In this document: piece after piece, positions 61,604-64,000 of the stretch | How positions within the stretch are numbered: the stretch's first letter is position 1 | How the letters are laid out: every line of letters begins with the position of its first letter | Assembly (NCBI GenBank): GCA_030390025.1 | Contig: CM059432.1 | Coordinates: 74,836,001-74,900,000 of the forward strand | Source of the DNA: Squalus acanthias | Lineage: Eukaryota | Direction of reading: 5' to 3' | DNA length: 64,000 bases | Translations under genes and position numbers: made by a program | Notes under the pieces: generated by a model | Told to the model about the DNA's origin: nothing | Database searches by the model: none | Seen by the model: only the letters and a program-made list of their open reading frames with translations

Positions 61604-64000
61604 TTTTGTCTGCTGTTTTCTTTTAAAATTCCTATAACCCTACAGGAAGAGCAGTTATTTCTGCTGGCGGTTTGTTCCAGATGTGACCAGCACTCACCTC
61701 ACTTATCTATGTCTCTGTGCAGGAGCAAATTGGTAAAAGGCAGTGTTCCATGGGCCAGATAAATAATTGGCCAGGGGGCCAGATGTGGCATGTGGACAAA
61801 CAGTGGACCCCTGTACTAGAAGGATGAGGTTCGATGGGCCAAATATGGGCCGAATAGCCTTGCATTGACCTTGGCTTTTCTTAAAAAGTAGTATTAAATG
61901 TCATGGAAAAAGGCCCAGTAAACTCCACATTATCTGATTATTTAAAAACTCTTGTGCTGAAAATACAGAAAAACCTGAAAGGTCATAAATGTTTTCTGAA
62001 AATATCACTGTTATATTAAATATTTATCAATTCACAACTACTCAGCAGAACATTACAGTTATAATGAAACTGTTAAAGGTGTTAGAAACACATCCATCAG
62101 CTATGTAAATGTGTTAAATTGTGCCATCAACTGTTATGAACAGTTGGAATCTATTGAACAAAACAGAAGTGAAAGCTAATAACAACCACTATTTTTGTAT
62201 TTATATTTTGCTTCTCACGTAAATAGAAATGTTAAAGCACTTCACAATCCAAAGAGCATGAAAAGGAGGAAATCTAAAGGGGGTAGAGAGCAAGAATATT
62301 GTCAAACAACAGTAAAAACTGGAAACACACAGCAGCTCAATCAGCATCTGTGTAGAGGACAGACTGTCCGTGTTTCAGATGTGTAATCTTCTTGAAACAT
62401 GGTCAAGGAGATAGCTTTTGTAAGCAGGGAAAGAGCTAGGAAGGTGAAATGTTTTGGAACAGGGGCATAATACTTAAATGATTTTATAGCAAAGAGAGCA
62501 GGAAACAAACAGTACTCCACAGTCAAAGGAGCAAACGTGCACACAGATATATATTGCTGAAAAAAAAATTGTTCAGAAAAAATTGAGAAATGCCATGGAG
62601 AAATTTGAAGATGAAGATGAAAATCTTGCAGTCAATTTGCTAGGGCACTGAAAGCCAGAGGAGCTTGGCAAGAACTGAGGTGATGCGTGGGATGTGGAGT
62701 AAGCAGATTGTTTAACTTATGCTACGCAATACCTAAGAACACGAGCGCAAAATTAACAAGCCTTAAGATGAAAGGTTCTACTTTATTCCATTCACTAATT
62801 TTAGTGAAAAAGTACATGTAAGTATAAATTGAATACCACTTTATACTCACTTCTACTTTATTGCTAAGATCAGCACACAGAGGAATTATGCTCCAGGGTG
62901 ATTTGGCCTATCATTTTTTTCCTGCAGTAAGTTCTTCCTAAAAGTAGCCAGTGAGTGAATAGACAAAAGCAGTTCATTGTGTGTTGATTAACTCCTGTAA
63001 AAAATGAAGCTGGATAAATATCTGGCTAAGAACAGGATTGAAGGCAATAAGGATAAGTATAGATATTGATGAGTAATGGTGCCTGTGCTACTGGGACCAT
63101 AGGAATGCCTTCTATGGCATGAAACTGGTTAAGGATGAAAAAGGAGATTAGTGAAAATATAGGGTAGATTTTATGAATTAGCAGTCCCATCGCAGGAAGC
63201 TCTGCACTTGGAGCAGTAATTTGTAAGATCTAACCCATGAAGTCTAAGAAGGAGACATTTAATAAAATTAAGGCTAGTAATATGGAAGAAACCCACTAGA
63301 AAAAACAAAAGGAGAAAGCGCCTTAAAGTGGGAAATTTGGAGGATTGAGAGTGTGATAAAAAGACCATCGGTCAACATAGAAGTATAAAGTTTACAGGCT
63401 GCACTCTTGAGCCGTGCTTGACCGGAGAGTTGGTGTGGAGGTCAGTGTGTCCAATACATGGCACTCATGAATATCCACTGAAGCTTAGAAAGTTTACCCT
63501 ATCAGTTAACAACAAAGGACATCAAAGCAAGAGTATAGGCAAAGAAGGAGTTAGACCACTAAAGGGTTGAAGATGGCAATCTGATGCAGAATGAAAGAAT
63601 TTCAGAGATGCTTAGCAAGTATTTTGCCTCTGTATTTACAAAGGAGAATGAAGGAAGGGCTGTAGGATTACCAGAAATAAAGTCACAGCTTCAATGTAAG
63701 TAACTATCAGCTGCCATTTTCCCATGCTCTTCACCGGGAATGTGCTGATAGCATTGGACGCCCATATAAAGTTGGCACTGAAGGGTACGCTGATTCAGAC
63801 CCTTGAAAATTGGATACTTAAGAGTGTAGTACTTTGTTTATTAGTCCTTTTTATTCCTTTTACTTACATTTTGATTCTAACAACTTTTTAAATTTTGTTT
63901 AGCCCTTTTGTATATTTTTGGAAACTTGCCCCACCCACTTATTGCAAACATTTATCCCCATCCTATGGCTTTAAATGTGAAATGATGACTTGGCTGGAGG

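Noticed and set aside
46839..64000. Next clavesin exon (DSFPARFGG...)
   Set aside because: Not found by eye or in the ORF track. It probably lies beyond the window.

Overview
Vertebrate nuclear DNA. The repeat families look chondrichthyan (shark-like); this is an inference. 1-10977 is a 13-bp satellite with higher-order structure, followed by a 500-N gap, a GT-rich minisatellite, a purine tract and two diverged copies of a CpG-rich promoter-like module. The only host gene is a clavesin (CRAL-TRIO/Sec14 family) on the + strand. Its coding exons are 29406-29794 and 46664-46838, and the gene continues past the window. Its sequence fits neither CLVS1 nor CLVS2 cleanly. The rest is dense with transposons: CR1 LINEs, L2 and Penelope remnants, three two-gene PIF/Harbinger transposons and at least three related MITEs, much of it nested several layers deep. 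Main result: the Harbinger at 53699-57987 looks structurally complete. It has TIRs, a 3-bp TSD, an open 386-aa DDE transposase and a 3-exon Myb/SANT gene that splices in frame to 488 aa. Related elements keep a perfect CRE at the same position, and the Harbinger lineages carry different subterminal motifs. No tRNA, rRNA or CRISPR features are supported.
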